Of a stretch of 64,000 nt of DNA, positions 20,418 through 33,597 are shown piece by piece. Both the position numbers and the translations under genes were made by a program. The DNA comes from Macrostomum lignano. Lineage: Eukaryota. The stretch covers positions 186,001 to 250,000 of the forward strand of contig NIVC01000269.1 of assembly GCA_002269645.1 (NCBI GenBank), written 5' to 3'. Position 1 is the stretch's first letter. Each line of letters opens with the position of its first letter. Below the pieces are notes generated by a model. The model made no database searches, was not told the DNA's origin, and saw only the letters and a program-made list of their open reading frames with translations.

Positions 20418-23400
20418 TCAATGCTCGTTTAAATCGCCCAGTAGCTGGCCAACATCCTCTCGGACGCCATCCTTGATGTCCTTGGCGGCATCGAGACCCC
20501 GACGAACCGCGGCCGAGGCCGACTCTCTGAGATCGTCGCCGCTGTCGTCTTCTCCGCCGGATGAGGAGCCGAAAAATCGAATCAGAAGGCGGTTCACCTG
20601 ATCCGGGGCGTCCTGCTGCACCCAGTGGCTGGCCTGGGGCACCAGCTGGAACTCCATCTGACTGCAGTACTTGCCTGCATGTTATGGGAGTGGCGATTGA
20701 TCGAAGCTATTCAAAAAGATACCAACTTGGGAAGCGCACTAGTTGGGAACCCGGCGATTTAGAAACCCTTCGATTTAGAAACCTACTATTAAGAAACCCT
20801 ACTAAAAAATTTAGGAAATCTACCATTTAGAAACCATGAGACATGACTTATATGTTACTCGTAGGTACCCTACTATTAGGTAGGAACCCTACCGTACTAT
20901 ATAAGAACCACAAAGTTTAGGAACCCTATCATTCAGGAACCATACAATTTAGGAACCCTACAATTTAGGAACCCTACAATTTAGGAACCCTACCATTCAG
21001 GAACCCTACCATTCAGGAACCCTACCATTCAGGAACCCTACCATTCAGGAACCCTACCATTCAGGAACCCTACCATTCAGGAACCCTACCATTCAGGAAC
21101 CCTACCATTCAGGAACCCTACCATTCAGGAACCCTACCATTCAGGAACCCTACCATTCAGGAACCCTACCATTCAGGAACCCTACCATTCAGGAACCCTA
21201 CCATTCAGGAACCCTACCATTCAGGAACCCTACCATTCAGGAACCCTACAATTTAGGAACCCTACAATTTAGGAACCCTACCATTCAGGAACAATACAAG
21301 ATTGGAAACTAGAAAAACCGTAACAGAGTTAAAGGACATACGGGCACTGCAATAAGCAACTGTCTTTATTCGAAACTCACCAGACAATTTAGCCGCTTCC
21401 TGCGTGATGTACTTATCGTTGGCGCCAAACACCAGCATGGTTGGCACTGTAAGCTGCTTCCTGCTGCCGCCTTCGGCGCCCCGGCTAGGATAGCGGAACG
21501 CGGCCCGGTAAAAGTTAATGGGCCCAGTTAGAGCCGTAGCCGACGAGAAGGTGTACTTGAAAGCGTCCAATTCCTGTTGGTTAACAACGCCTTTCAAAGC
21601 GATGTCCATCGAGACGAGATCTTGACGAGTAATGAGCCATTCCGGAAAGCAAGGCAGCTGGAAGAAGAACATGTACCAAGACTTGAGGAACTGGGTCAGA
21701 TTCGAGCGAATGTAGGTCTGGAATGCCACGGGATGTGGGCAGTTGAGTACGGCCAGTTTGGTGACCATGCCCGGGTGAGCCATGGCGAACGACCAGACAA
21801 CTGCGCCGCCCCAGTCGTGACCAGCCAAGTAGCACTTGTCGTAGCCTGGTGTTGGTGAAATAATTTTTGTTCTTATCTAGTTTACGATTACTCAATCATA
21901 ACTCTTATAATTACTGCATTACTGCCCATTCCGCCGACTCCCCGAAGCAGGCACACAAGCACGCGGATACGTACGCAGTCATACGCGCAGGCACACACTC
22001 ACACAGGAGTGTACAGCGGCCCTAACTTTATTTATCGTTAGGCATGTACACTTCACTGTGCCCTTAAGGGCGTTAACTCCACGAGCAGAGCCAAGCCGAG
22101 ATTCCAATTTAGCCCCAAAATTAATGCAACTACACTTGGAATCGAGCCTGGGCCGCTGGTCCATAAGTGCGCCAGGATAAACCACTAGTCCTCTCCCAAA
22201 TCATCACAACTATGATTGTAAAACTCAACAGCCTATCAGTAAATCACAGCCTTTGTTCAAAGTGAAATATTAAGCTACAGGAAACGCAAATCTTACCCAA
22301 AGAGTTAATAGCCTGTCGGATATCTTCAACCAGTTTTTCAATTCGATAATTCTCAACGCCGCGCGGCTTGTCGCTGTCGCCGTAGCCGCGCATGTCTATG
22401 GCCACAATCCTGTGGGCGAGGCGAGAATTAACAAGATTAAGATCTGGGCACTACCATTTCGCTCACCCCTGAGCACACACACGCTCACATAGGGTGTGCG
22501 CTACTTAGTACTCTTAGTAAACTACTGTTAGTAGCTCGTAATGTGCTGCAGATGCAGGTTTATTTTAATTGATTTAAAATTTCACTAACCTGTAATTCTT
22601 AGCCAGATCGCTGTCAAGCTGATGGCGCCAGCTGAACCAAAACTCTGGGAAGCCGTGCACCAGCAGTAGGAGGGGTTTCCGGGGATCGCCATTCTCAATG
22701 CAGTGCAGAGTGATGTCCTGTTAAGTAAAGTTAAACAAATACATGCAAGTGGAGCAGGTTAAGACATTAAAACATTACAACAAAGCAGTTTCATTAGCCA
22801 TTACGGGGACACTATTTTCATGTTGAGTGGTTCCCAGCAAATCAGTGTCAAGTAGCGCCAAGGGCCAAGGCGATACTGTAAGGTGGCGCCAAGGCTATGA
22901 TATGGGATGGCGCCAAGGCTATTATGTAAGGTGGCGCCAAGGCTATGATGTAAGGTGGCGCCAAGGCTATACTGTAAGGTGGCGCCAAGGCTATACTGTA
23001 AGGTGGCGCTAAATACTTTCGCTAGCCAATTCTGCGGGTGAAGATTCAAAGTCGCTTTTTTTCAAAAAGCTCGATGTTCACGAGCAGAATGCATGACTGC
23101 ACTTGGAGGGGCTTGTGTTGTTTTGCGTGATAGAATTGCATCAACGAGTGTCCACTTTTGACTTTATCATATTATCTTAACTCACCAATCGACTGAAACA
23201 GTCTAGTCAAAGTCCGACTGTAATAAAACTTCACTTAGTAAACAAACTTTGAACGCGACGCTCAAGTGACGCCCATGTCTCAGTGTGCAGTGTTTAGTTA
23301 ATCAAAATAAAAGTCCCAGCTGATAAGGCGGGGTCAGCTTTTAATCAGTCAACAGTGGCACTTGTTTTGCGAGTGAATCAAGTCAAACCCAGTCAGCTCA

Positions 23401-25389
23401 GGCACGCAGCAAAGCAGTGCTAAACTACAAAGTTCAAACAATCCAATTCCAGACAGATAACAGATAAGGCGCCTGGCCGCTAGTCTGGACACGAAGACAA
23501 GACAAAACAAGTCACTATAATGTCACACACACTTGGGTCTCATAGTGGGGTCAAAGCTTCAAGGTCTAGTTTTGGAATGGACTTATCGAAAATACAGGAG
23601 CTCAATGGACTTGGTTGGTAAAAAATTTCCTACAATGTATCAAAGCATTCAAACTGTTGAAATAAACAAGATCTCAACTTTGATCTTAGCTATATGCATG
23701 ATTTATCAAGTCCATTATTAGTCTGAGAAACTTGGACTTTGATAGCCTAGTTAATTGTCATACCAGAGATATACTTAGATAAGAAATTGTACAAATAAAT
23801 TTATATATGTTTTTCTCAAAAAAGTACATTTACATTGGATCATAATATTATTCAAGAGGCTTTACTTAATTAATTTAAATGCTATAAAAATGAGTTGTCT
23901 ATATGTATGTACATATTTATGTATGTAACTGTGTGATAAATTGGAGAAAAAATGGCTTAACCAATTTTCTTCAAACTTGCACCATTCAATTGGAAATTTT
24001 CCTGTGATGGTACATACATTAAAATGCTAAAAAACATCACTTTTTTGGTATCCTAATTGCTTTTTGGTGCCTAAGTTAAAAATAAAACCTTCATTCTAGC
24101 ATTTGACTGCAATGATCTAATCTATAAACAAAAACATTTATTTTGTTAAGCTAATATGCTTATATTAAATTTTGAAAAGTCTTCAATTTGAAATAAGATA
24201 TTAGCTATATACAGTATATGGCTATACAGACCCTAGATTCTCAAATCTATTATACTATATCTTATATACTATATACTATATACTAGAAAAAAAGTGACTT
24301 CCCTACACTTTATTTTCAGTTTTATGCTAGAAAAACTAATTTACTTGCAATATATGCACTAGACTCGGACTAGGAAGGTTTTTCTACAATAAAGGACCTT
24401 TTTGCAGTATAACAATAAAGGACATTTTTGTGCTGCGATGTAAAGGATCCTTTCTTGTATTATGATATTTCAATCTTTTGAATGCCAATAGCTACACCAT
24501 ACGATAGCTCTGTGGGATTGTTCCATATGCTAGATGCTAGATTGTATGCCAACCCTTTTATGTCTATTTTGTTTTCTAGAATTTTCTAGTGTATATATAA
24601 GATTTGCCTGATTTTGAAGTAGGGCAAAGGCCATATAATAGAAACTTAAAAGATAAAAAATGAAACATTTTTATTAAAATTATGAATGGCTTAAATGCAA
24701 CAAACTATTTTAAGAGCCTATAGTTTTGATTTCTTATTGGTAAAATATATTGATAAGATAAATTGATAAAATTTTGTTTAGGCTAGTTCTAATTTAGGCA
24801 TTGTTACCCCAAAATCAAACTGGGTTAGGCCTACCAAAATGCCAGGTATCAAAAAGCATAAAAATGTAATAAATACTTTGCTATTAATTCATAACATTGC
24901 TAGAAAATTATAAAACCATTACATAAAATATAAAAAATAGTAATGCAACAATGATAATAAAGAACCTTATAATCAATCAATCCCAAAAATGACAGGCTAT
25001 ATTATTTATGAAGTTTGAAGCAGTATTAATAAGCAAAAATAGCGTATGATTAACCTTGAAAATTATTATAAAAGTAGGAGCAGTACGCAAGAGCAATGGC
25101 CTACTGTTAATATTTTATTTCAGAGCAAACTCAAAGTCAAACCAGGTCAGTGTAAGTCAGTTGATTATAGAAAATGTAGAAAGAAAAATGTTTTACTTAC
25201 TTTTAAATGAAGGTAAGAAGACTTTCCGAACCTAGGGTCAGTTAGGATTCTCGGCCGGCTTCGATAGTTAACACCTTTGATCGTTTTTAACCCTTGAGTA
25301 AAAACGGAAACAACGATCTTAAACGCTACTGGGATTGAGAAAATCAATCCAATGCAGCAGACAATAATATACTCGATGGTTTGCTTCAT
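20418..25389 (-). CDS. Epoxide hydrolase 3/4-like alpha/beta-hydrolase, 383 aa
   Basis: Exons 25389-25201, 22717-22590, 22409-22297, 21845-21381, 20674-20418 join in frame (1152 nt) with GT-AG sites. N-terminal hydrophobic anchor, HGFPEFW, DMRGYG, nucleophile GHDWGG, lid tyrosines (SWY, INFYR), acid GANDKY, His in ASHWVQQD. Confidence 0.92.
20905..21290. repeat. 17-bp tandem repeat (AGGAACCCTACCATTC-type) in the last epoxide hydrolase intron
   Basis: About 20 visible units. Confidence 0.95.
22855..23010. repeat. 24-bp tandem repeat (GTAAGGTGGCGCCAAGGCTATACT)
   Basis: About 6 units in intron 1 of the epoxide hydrolase gene. Confidence 0.9.
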
Positions 25390-26064
25390 TACAAAGCTTT
25401 AAAAGTAATGTTTTGAAACTTAGACAAGATTTTTAATGCTGTATTGTCACTACAGAGTCAAAGACAATATTCTTATATTCATGCAAAAAACTAAGGATGC
25501 AAACTTCCTAAAATTTACCTTACGACTCGAAGTTAAATCAGCGCTATGTATAATATTGTTGTAAAGCAGTCTAACAAAGTAATATTATCTAACATGACTA
25601 AGGCAACGTTAAAATGCTGTTTTTAATATCATTAATTAAAGTCTTAGCTTTAAAACATTCTTTATGTATTGCCAGAGTGTTCTCATTAGTAACATGTTTT
25701 ACAAAGTTAAGGACGATTTTTAATTCCTCTTCCTCTAGACCCAACTCATGAGAAACAAGGCAAAAGGCAAATATACGCTTTTGCTACTGGACAGAGGGTA
25801 GCAAGTCAATCGATAGTGTTTAAGTGAACCATTGAGGGTATATTTAATATCCTTGTGGGCTTCTAAGCTGCATGTATGTAAGTCTACATACATGTATACA
25901 TGTACATAAGGGGTCGGAAAACTCTAGCCCAGGCCGCGAAGCCTCTCTATTCGATGTCTACGGTCCTTTGAAACTTCCCAATAGCGATCCGGTCTTCGCA
26001 AGGGTTTTTTTATATTCTAAGCTCTTTTTTTTATCTCGTCTCTCTTCTCTTTTCTCTCATCATC

Positions 26065-26175
26065 TCTCCCTTCTCTCCTCTCCTCTCCTCTCCTCTCCTC
26101 TCCTCTCCTCTCCTCTCCTCTCCTCTCCTCTCCTCTTCTCTCCTCTCCTCTCTCTCCTCTCTACTCCTCTCCTTT
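26065..26175. repeat. (CTCCT)n simple repeat
   Basis: Directly visible. Confidence 0.9.
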
Positions 26176-28189
26176 CCTATTTCATCTTTTAATACTCTCG
26201 CCCTATTCTCTATTCCAGCGATCTCTCTCTCCGCTTCCTAATGGATTCTGTGTCTGGCCCTTGAGATAAAAAAGTTTGCCGATGCGAAATCTATGCATAT
26301 GTAGGCAATGATTGACTATTAAAACTAGAAAATAATGGAATGTAATCAAGTCATCTGTTTCTGCAAGATTAGGGCAAGATTAGGGCTAATTTTCTACCAA
26401 TCTTCGTACACCTGCAGGCCTATATAACCATGAAGCTTTTTCTCAAAATTAGCAAATCAATTAATTACATGCAGAATAAAAGCATCCGCTTAAATTTTTT
26501 GTAGATATCAAACATTTCGCATAACCACAGCCTTGCGAACTTCAACTGCATGAGCAGTTCCTGTATTAAAGTTTTGCCATGCGTAGTACACATACGTACA
26601 TTGAATTTAATTTTCGGTTTCAACAAGTGCAGATTCCGATTCTACTGATTAGAGTGAATAAGCTACTCTTTAGTAATAAACGCAGTGTTTCTGCATGCCG
26701 ATCGAAAAGCTCAGCACACGTGAAAAGCAAACAAGCAATTAAGTGCAATTCCCAATCAGAAAACTAAAATGGGGCCAAATGAAGATCGAGTACTAGCTCT
26801 CAGCTACTTATAAAGCAGGTGTAGCTTCTCACCCCTAATCAAATGCTCAGACTGCAGCCTGGTGGGCCAATGAATCCTGCAGATCGAGAGACCGCGCAAG
26901 CACCAGACTCGTACTTAGCTGATCAGGAGTTATAGCCGACTCTCGATGAAGTTCTAGCAGGGCAAATCAGGGAAACGGGATCTCCATCGAAGCGCGAGGT
27001 GAAAAACCAGGTTGAGTTCCTAGCAGGCAAAAAACCAGCGGTTTAAATTGGAACCAACTGAGGCATACAATTTGTTATTGTGGAATACGTCGATCCTGAT
27101 TGGCTGAGCTTGTTGCTACCCAGACCCGAAATGCAGAGAGACCCTATCGTGCCCCGGGAAAGCCTCAAAAAGTAACAGCTAGGTGCGGCCATAAATTATC
27201 CGATTTTGACACGGAATAATTTATGAGTTTAAGCAATGCCAAGTCCAAATTGAATATGAAAATATGCATTAAGATCGCGGATGAAGAGGCCGGATAGTGC
27301 AATGGAATAATCCCCAAGAAGATTCCTCAGGAAGAGGGCACAACTGTCAAAATATCACCGTGCTTGTATAAACGCGAACAATAAACTGTAGTTTTAATCA
27401 AAAGAGAGAAAAAGAGCCAGCCAGACAATCTGGCCCTTGTACATGTACATGTAGATGTAGATCCTCAGGCCTGAATGCCAGGTAGCATCTGGAGGTGATT
27501 TATGACCAGAAAAAGTATGATTGTAATAGCAAAAAGGGAAGAAAAGAATGAAGAAGATAGCAGAAGAAAAACGGAAGAAGAAAATGCCATTCCTACTGTT
27601 AGTTAGTAAATGCAGTATGCGGGAAAGAGCTCAAGTACCGGCACGTCCGTGCTGAAAGTCCGTCCTCATTGCAAAATAATGAAAGCAAAACAGAGCAGCC
27701 GATTAGGGTTTTAGGCGTACGTATTGGTGCACGAATTGACCTTGGGGTCGGGGGTCCAATGCCTCACGATTAGAAAGTCAGAGCCGCTGTGTCACCCTTT
27801 GTGAGCTTGTGTATGAGTGCGTGTCTGCGATCAATATCTGTGCTCCTGTCGGGAGTCACCGGAATAGGCAGAAATACACATTTGTAAATTAAAATTTCTT
27901 TCTGGACTGATTGTTCGAGAGCACGTTTACACGTAAATTTATGATGCAGATTTAAAATTCGTTTTGCTAGCAGTCAATTATTGTCACAGATACTAAATAC
28001 GCTAGATGTTTCACTCAGTAATGTCCAGTTGGCGTATGCGTATATTTGCTTTATTTTTCTTTATGACATAAAATATTTCGAGAAAATGACAGTTAGCTTG
28101 CTCGTGTCACAGGAAACTTTGCCGCTTTCAATTCTTTATCTATGGCCAAACTTGGCAGTAGTGGATCAGGTGCTAGTTGAATAAATCTC

Positions 28190-28440
28190 TCTCTCTCTCT
28201 GTAGTTGCCATACCGTCGGAGGACGTAAGCGACCACCGTCTTCCACAAAGCACGGTCCAATTGAGGCTCGAAGTATTCCTAAGCTGTTCCTGTTCATCCA
28301 CTGGGACAGGTTTTTCAGAAAGGTTCACTTTTCCTTCAATACGAGCTTCCATCCGAAGTAATCAAACTTCCTAAATACGAAATAGTTGAATTTGAAAACT
28401 TGCTTCACATGTTCGCCATTTATATGGTGATGTTGCACAC
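28190..28440 (-). mobile_element. Decayed non-LTR retrotransposon (RTE/L2-like) reverse transcriptase fragment
   Basis: Minus-strand translation with stops: ISYLGSLITSDG ... ALWKTVVAYVLRRYG. This resembles the F.YLGS.I..DG and LY..V...LLYG motifs of RTE-type RT. Confidence 0.5.
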
Positions 28441-28479
28441 GGGGGGCTTCTTTCTGTTGTGGTAACAACTATTCATTCT

Positions 28480-29190
28480 GTTTTCTTGCAGTTATACTTC
28501 GCTTAAATGGAATATATTTCCTAAATTCGACTCTGCCCTTGTAGAGGACCAGAGTCTTATCCACGGATAGCCGGGGCATATAGCATATAGCACAGCAACT
28601 ACGCTTGCTCCAGGAAGGGACGCATCTTCGCTGCAACGGCTCATCACTGATAAGGTTGATCGGATTTGTAGAAGCGCAGGCAGGACAAGAGTTGCTTGAA
28701 TCGATCCCTATACAGAGAGAACGGTTGCACCACAAAGACGCAGTAGTACACGGAATCACCCGACCAGTAGTGGGTCAGCTCCGCCTTCTTGTCAACGCCC
28801 ATCAGAAGCATGATGTCTCGTCGGCCCTAAGTCTTTTCAGCTCATGATTATTTTGGGAACAGCCTCGACGGTCTCGCACTCTTCATAAGTCTTCCATGCC
28901 TTACTGTTGGTCCATCTGCGTAGGTTCTCAAACCGATCGTCCGGCAGGTACAGCTTGAGGAAGGCTGACTCGTTTCCATCGGCAGTTTCAGGTGGCTGCC
29001 AGTCAGGTGAAAGCGTCGGGGATGGCCTGTTGTCCAGGTACCCCTTTCTTGTACAATCACCCGATCGCCAGGTGAAGCCACTCAAGGTTTTGTTCTATAA
29101 CCTGGGCTGGTAGAGCTCTTCATAGTTGCTCAGCGACTCGTTATCGGTAACGATTGGGGACTCTGTCGCGTTGTCGGTCTCCGAATCAGA
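28480..29190 (-). mobile_element. piggyBac (PGBD4-like) transposase pseudogene fragment
   Basis: Frameshifted and stop-containing pieces: AFLKLYLPDDRFENLRRWTNSKAW, MLLMGVDKKAELTHYW, RDRFKQLLSCLRF, YMPRLSVDKTLVLYKGRVEFRKYIPFKR (cf. SVDESMIPFKGR...RQYIPSK). Confidence 0.85.
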
Positions 29191-30155
29191 TTAAGAACTC
29201 ATGATCAAATTAATACTACGCTCGTACAGTTACAAGTACAACGCTGCTAGTAAAATGACGCTATATATCTAGCTAGTAGAATGAAACAAAAAACTAAGGA
29301 GGTTAACTGCACCGATGGGAACGCAAGGGCTGTGAGCGTCAAAATCTATGTGGCAAAAACTGCTTGAAAAGTTGCTTTAGTCTGGAAAGGTACACGAGCT
29401 TTAAAAACTCGAGCTCAAAATGTCTATGACACCATCTTGAACCAAGCTGTACATCGGGAACGGATGTGGCGGTATAGACGGGCAGTCAGGAAAAGGGTTA
29501 GACCGTCCTAATCCATCAGTCTGAGCCAATCGGGGGCGGTTTTGCTGATTGGGCACAAAATCGTGCCATGCAGTCTCATCATGGTTAAACCTCTCTTGGT
29601 TAAACCTTAAAAATTTCCAATACCAGTTCTAGGAGGTCTCCAATCTGTCACGGAATCTTCTCAGTGTACACGCTGAACTTTGCTTCCAATAGATATATGT
29701 ATTACTGAGAACTCGAATTAGTTAGGTAAATAAGTGTTACTCAACACTACCAGACAGAGAGAAGTTTTGCTAAATATAGTTGAGTGAACCAAAGAATCAA
29801 ACTTCTCGTACACAGCAACCGGAAACGTATTGTCGTCTATTTTTTGTGCAGAGAAAAAGCTCACACCCGGGACATTAGGAAGCCAGACAGTCTAGACTAG
29901 AAACAGGATGTTCATTTCTAGAAGAGCTAGCTATCTAGGTTTGGATTCAAACGAAATAAAAAGTTAAACTGTTGTGAACCTAGATACAAAATTTTTAGCT
30001 CTTTTTCCCTAATAGTTCTTAGTTCCAGAAGTGCGCTTCACTGAGCAGACGAACAAAATTGTTTTTAAACTTAATTTTAAAACGTTTTCATATTTGGCTA
30101 CTGCAGTGATTTTCTTACTCCTTAGAGCAAATGTACGAAACATAGAGAATTATTC

Positions 30156-33100
30156 ATGGATTACTTAGAGGCGCTTCTGTCAAAAAAGTTAAAAAACTTA
30201 TCTAATCTGATCAAGACCGACGGTATTAGCCAAGTGAATCAGGCGCGGTACCAAGGCAACGGCCTTGTTCACGTGGCTGCCGCCAGCTCCGACCTGGAAC
30301 TGACGCGGCTTGCCATCCAGGCCGGGCTGGACCTGGAAGTGCGAAACGACGAGGACATGACGGCTGTTCACGTCGCGGTTGCTAGCGGCAATGCCGAAGT
30401 ACTGAAGCTGCTGCTGCTGGCCGCAGCGGACCCGAACGCTGTCTACGGCAGAACCGGCTGGGGTCCCCTGCACCTAGCAGTTCGATCCGCCTCGACTGCC
30501 GCCTCCGTACAACTGGAGATGCTGCGCCTGCTGACGAAGAGCGGCGCCGATGCCAGTCTGACAGATGCGGACGGCAACACGCCGCTGCACCTGGCGGTGG
30601 AGGCCAACGCCGACAAGCGAGTCGTTGCTCAACTAGCTGACGCAATGGAGAATCGAGTCTCAATGAGAAACCTTCGCAGCCTGACGCCACTGGAATATGC
30701 AGCCATGAACGGCAATCGAAAAGCGATTCAGCAGCTGGTGAAGCGAGGCGCAGTGCCGCAGATTCGACTGCTGAACCGGTTTGGCTATATTGCCTACGTT
30801 GAGGTGTTTCTGGAGATCACCATCAACAAGTTGAGCACTGACTCTGTGGCCACTCTGCTCAGGCACCCGGATTTTCAGGCGCTGATTAACTACATTGTCT
30901 CCTACAAGATCAATGAACCCAATCGGCGCGATGCTCAGAGTGGTCAGTCAACAATTCTGAGCGATTTGGTTAATTCTCGGTACAACGGTTTGGGCACCTT
31001 CAAGAGCCTGCTATTGAACAATATCAATACAAGATTCGCAAATCACCTATCTGACAATGCCAAGGCTAGAGCAGCCTGGGCTGACCTGGTTATAACCTAC
31101 GTCCTATTTAGAGAATCCGTATCCCTGATAAGGATGCTAATTGAGGACAAGCTTCTGTTCTTTCTAACTGACGCTGCAATCCAAGGCCAGCTGCACAATC
31201 TGTACAAAGGCAAGTTCAATCGCTACCTACCAAGCTCTTTGTCTCAGAGCTTCGTAGCGGACGATGGAGCTAGTAGGCAGCAGATTGAGCAGATGCTGCG
31301 TCGTTGGCTAAAAAGCAAATCCGGTATCTGTTTGATGAAATTCGGTTTCCCTAGCGAGGAAGCAGTCTCTATTGGTATTAGGCAGGTGTTTCGAGCGCCA
31401 GCCTTTAGCTTGATGACCTGGGCGACTGCGTCCGGTCGCTATCACCTGTTGCCCTATCTTTTCATAGCCGAAGACACGGACAATATACCTCTCGGACTGT
31501 TCAGCATGGCGCTGCTCAATCGTCTTATGCAGGCGCGCAGCTCTGTCGGCACTCTATTCAGCCAGGATGCGGAGTACTATCGATTAGAGCTCGAAGTTCT
31601 CATACACTATCTCATATCCCGGATGTGGCACTTAGACAAGTCGCACGAGAAGTCCAACTCGGCGCTGTTCCAACTGCAACAGCTGCCCGTGTATGGCGGG
31701 GCCAGCATGCTAGACATGACTATGCAAGTTCGATCGTTGAAACTGCTCCAGTTTTCTAGCACTATCAGCGCTATGAGCCTACTGTGGTATCGCGGCCTGT
31801 CTTGGATGTCAAGCTCTCACCGGTTCCTGTTTATGGCTTCATCATTAGGCCTCTGGTTTGTGCTGCTGATTCCGGTAATTGTGCCGACGCTGGAACGGCT
31901 GATTCCAGCGCGGTCGCCCGGCTTACAGTTCCTTAGAGTCGGCCTCCTGCTGTGTCTGGCGTTCATCAATCTTCTGATCGGGCTGGGCCTAGCTGGGCGC
32001 TACACCCTTCAAAGAATTGAGAAATTTCGACGAAAAGCATCAGCAGCCGAGAAGGAGCAACGACAAAAATTTGGCAGCCTCCTGCTCACTGGAGCGCCCG
32101 GCCAACGATGGCAGTTTGACGTCATGGTCGGGGACGCGCCGACGTCGAGCGCCGACTCCGTGCTGGAGTTTCTACGCACCCCAGCAGTGAAATACCTGGC
32201 CTTCTTGCTCACGTACTTAGCCTATGCGCTATTAGGTTTATGGATTGGCACGCGAAGCTTCCGGTACATCATTTCCGACGCAGAAATCGTCTATTGGATC
32301 TTCTTCTTCGGTTTCCTATTGGAGAACGGGCAGCAGTTTGTCCGCACAAAATTATTTGGCAGTTGTTTCTATCGGCAGTCAATCTTCTGGGCCATAGTGT
32401 CGGTGCTTACCTACCTGTTCGGCTTGACAGCGTTCATCTGGCGAATGGTTTACCACACTGCTCACCAATTCGAAAACAGGACTGCGACTTCGTTTGAAGC
32501 GCGCGAAGTTGCCGACTCAACTTTCCTGGGCGTTCGCTATCTATTCGTGCTGTCCCATTCGCTAATGTTTATGCAACTCTGGCGATTCTTGTCCTCGAGG
32601 CCGTGCATCGGGCTGCTAATCCGCATGATTGAAAAACTGATTAGATACTACTTGTGCCAGTTTGTGCTGCTCATGCTGCTGGTCATGATTCGAGGAGCGT
32701 TTATCTTTGGCAGTATTTTGTATCCGCAGGTTAGTACTCTCGCAGCTACCCTTGAAAAAGTTGATTTTCAAGTAGACAGGCCAGTGAGACGATGCATCGA
32801 ACAGAATTAATAAGTTTCCTTGTGCACTGAAATGGATTCTTCAGTATGCAGTGATGCACTCATTTGCTAGCACGAATTTAAACTTGAAGTTTGAAAATTT
32901 AAATTGCGTATCAAGCAGGATAAAACTCGTAATTCTTGTGTGCAAATAAATGAAAGCAAAATTTGAAAAAAAACCTTTTCAGGGCTACGCAATGCACGCC
33001 AATAATGGCACGGTCACCCAGATGTCCACTCCGATCTACTTTCTAAGAGTGTTCGTGCACTCGTACTACTCAATAATGGGTGAATTCCTGTCAGACTATC

Positions 33101-33597
33101 TGAGTGGATTCGAATGCCAAGGCGACTCGATCTGTCCGGCAACTTACCTGGGCAGCTTTTTGGTTACAGTATTTCACATGTCCGGATACGCCTTCTACAC
33201 CACTCTGCTGCTGCTTGGACTTCTCATCTCCTTGGTTACCATCATTGTTGACGAGCTCAACCGGAATCACATCGCTCACTGGCAGATTGCTCGGTACAAC
33301 TTTGTGCAAGAGTTGAACTACTATTCTCTGCTTTATCCACCATTCAATGTGCTGCACATCTTAATTGAATGGATCGCCATGGCGAACGACTGGAAAGCCG
33401 TAGCTCAACTGTACGACCTCGGCCAGGGTTTCTACAGCCAGTCCAGCCTGATCAACAACCTGCTCAGTCAGGCGTATGTTTTGGAGCGAGATCGAGATCG
33501 AATGCTAGCCGAGATCGAGCAACGGCGAGAGCACCGGAACAAAACCAAGATTGATACTGGAAACAGTGGACTGCATCGTTGGCGTTGCTGCTTCTAG
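30156..33597 (+). CDS. Ankyrin-repeat TRP-family cation channel with TRPM-like linker and transmembrane region, 1062 aa
   Basis: Exons 30156-32729 (donor CAG|GTTAGT) and 32983-33597 (acceptor ccttttcag), phase 0. About 5 ankyrin repeats (MTAVHVAV, WGPLHLAV, GNTPLHLAV, LTPLEYAA). Six TM-like segments, pore SYYSIMGE, TRP helix WQIARY..QE....LYPPF. Confidence 0.85.
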
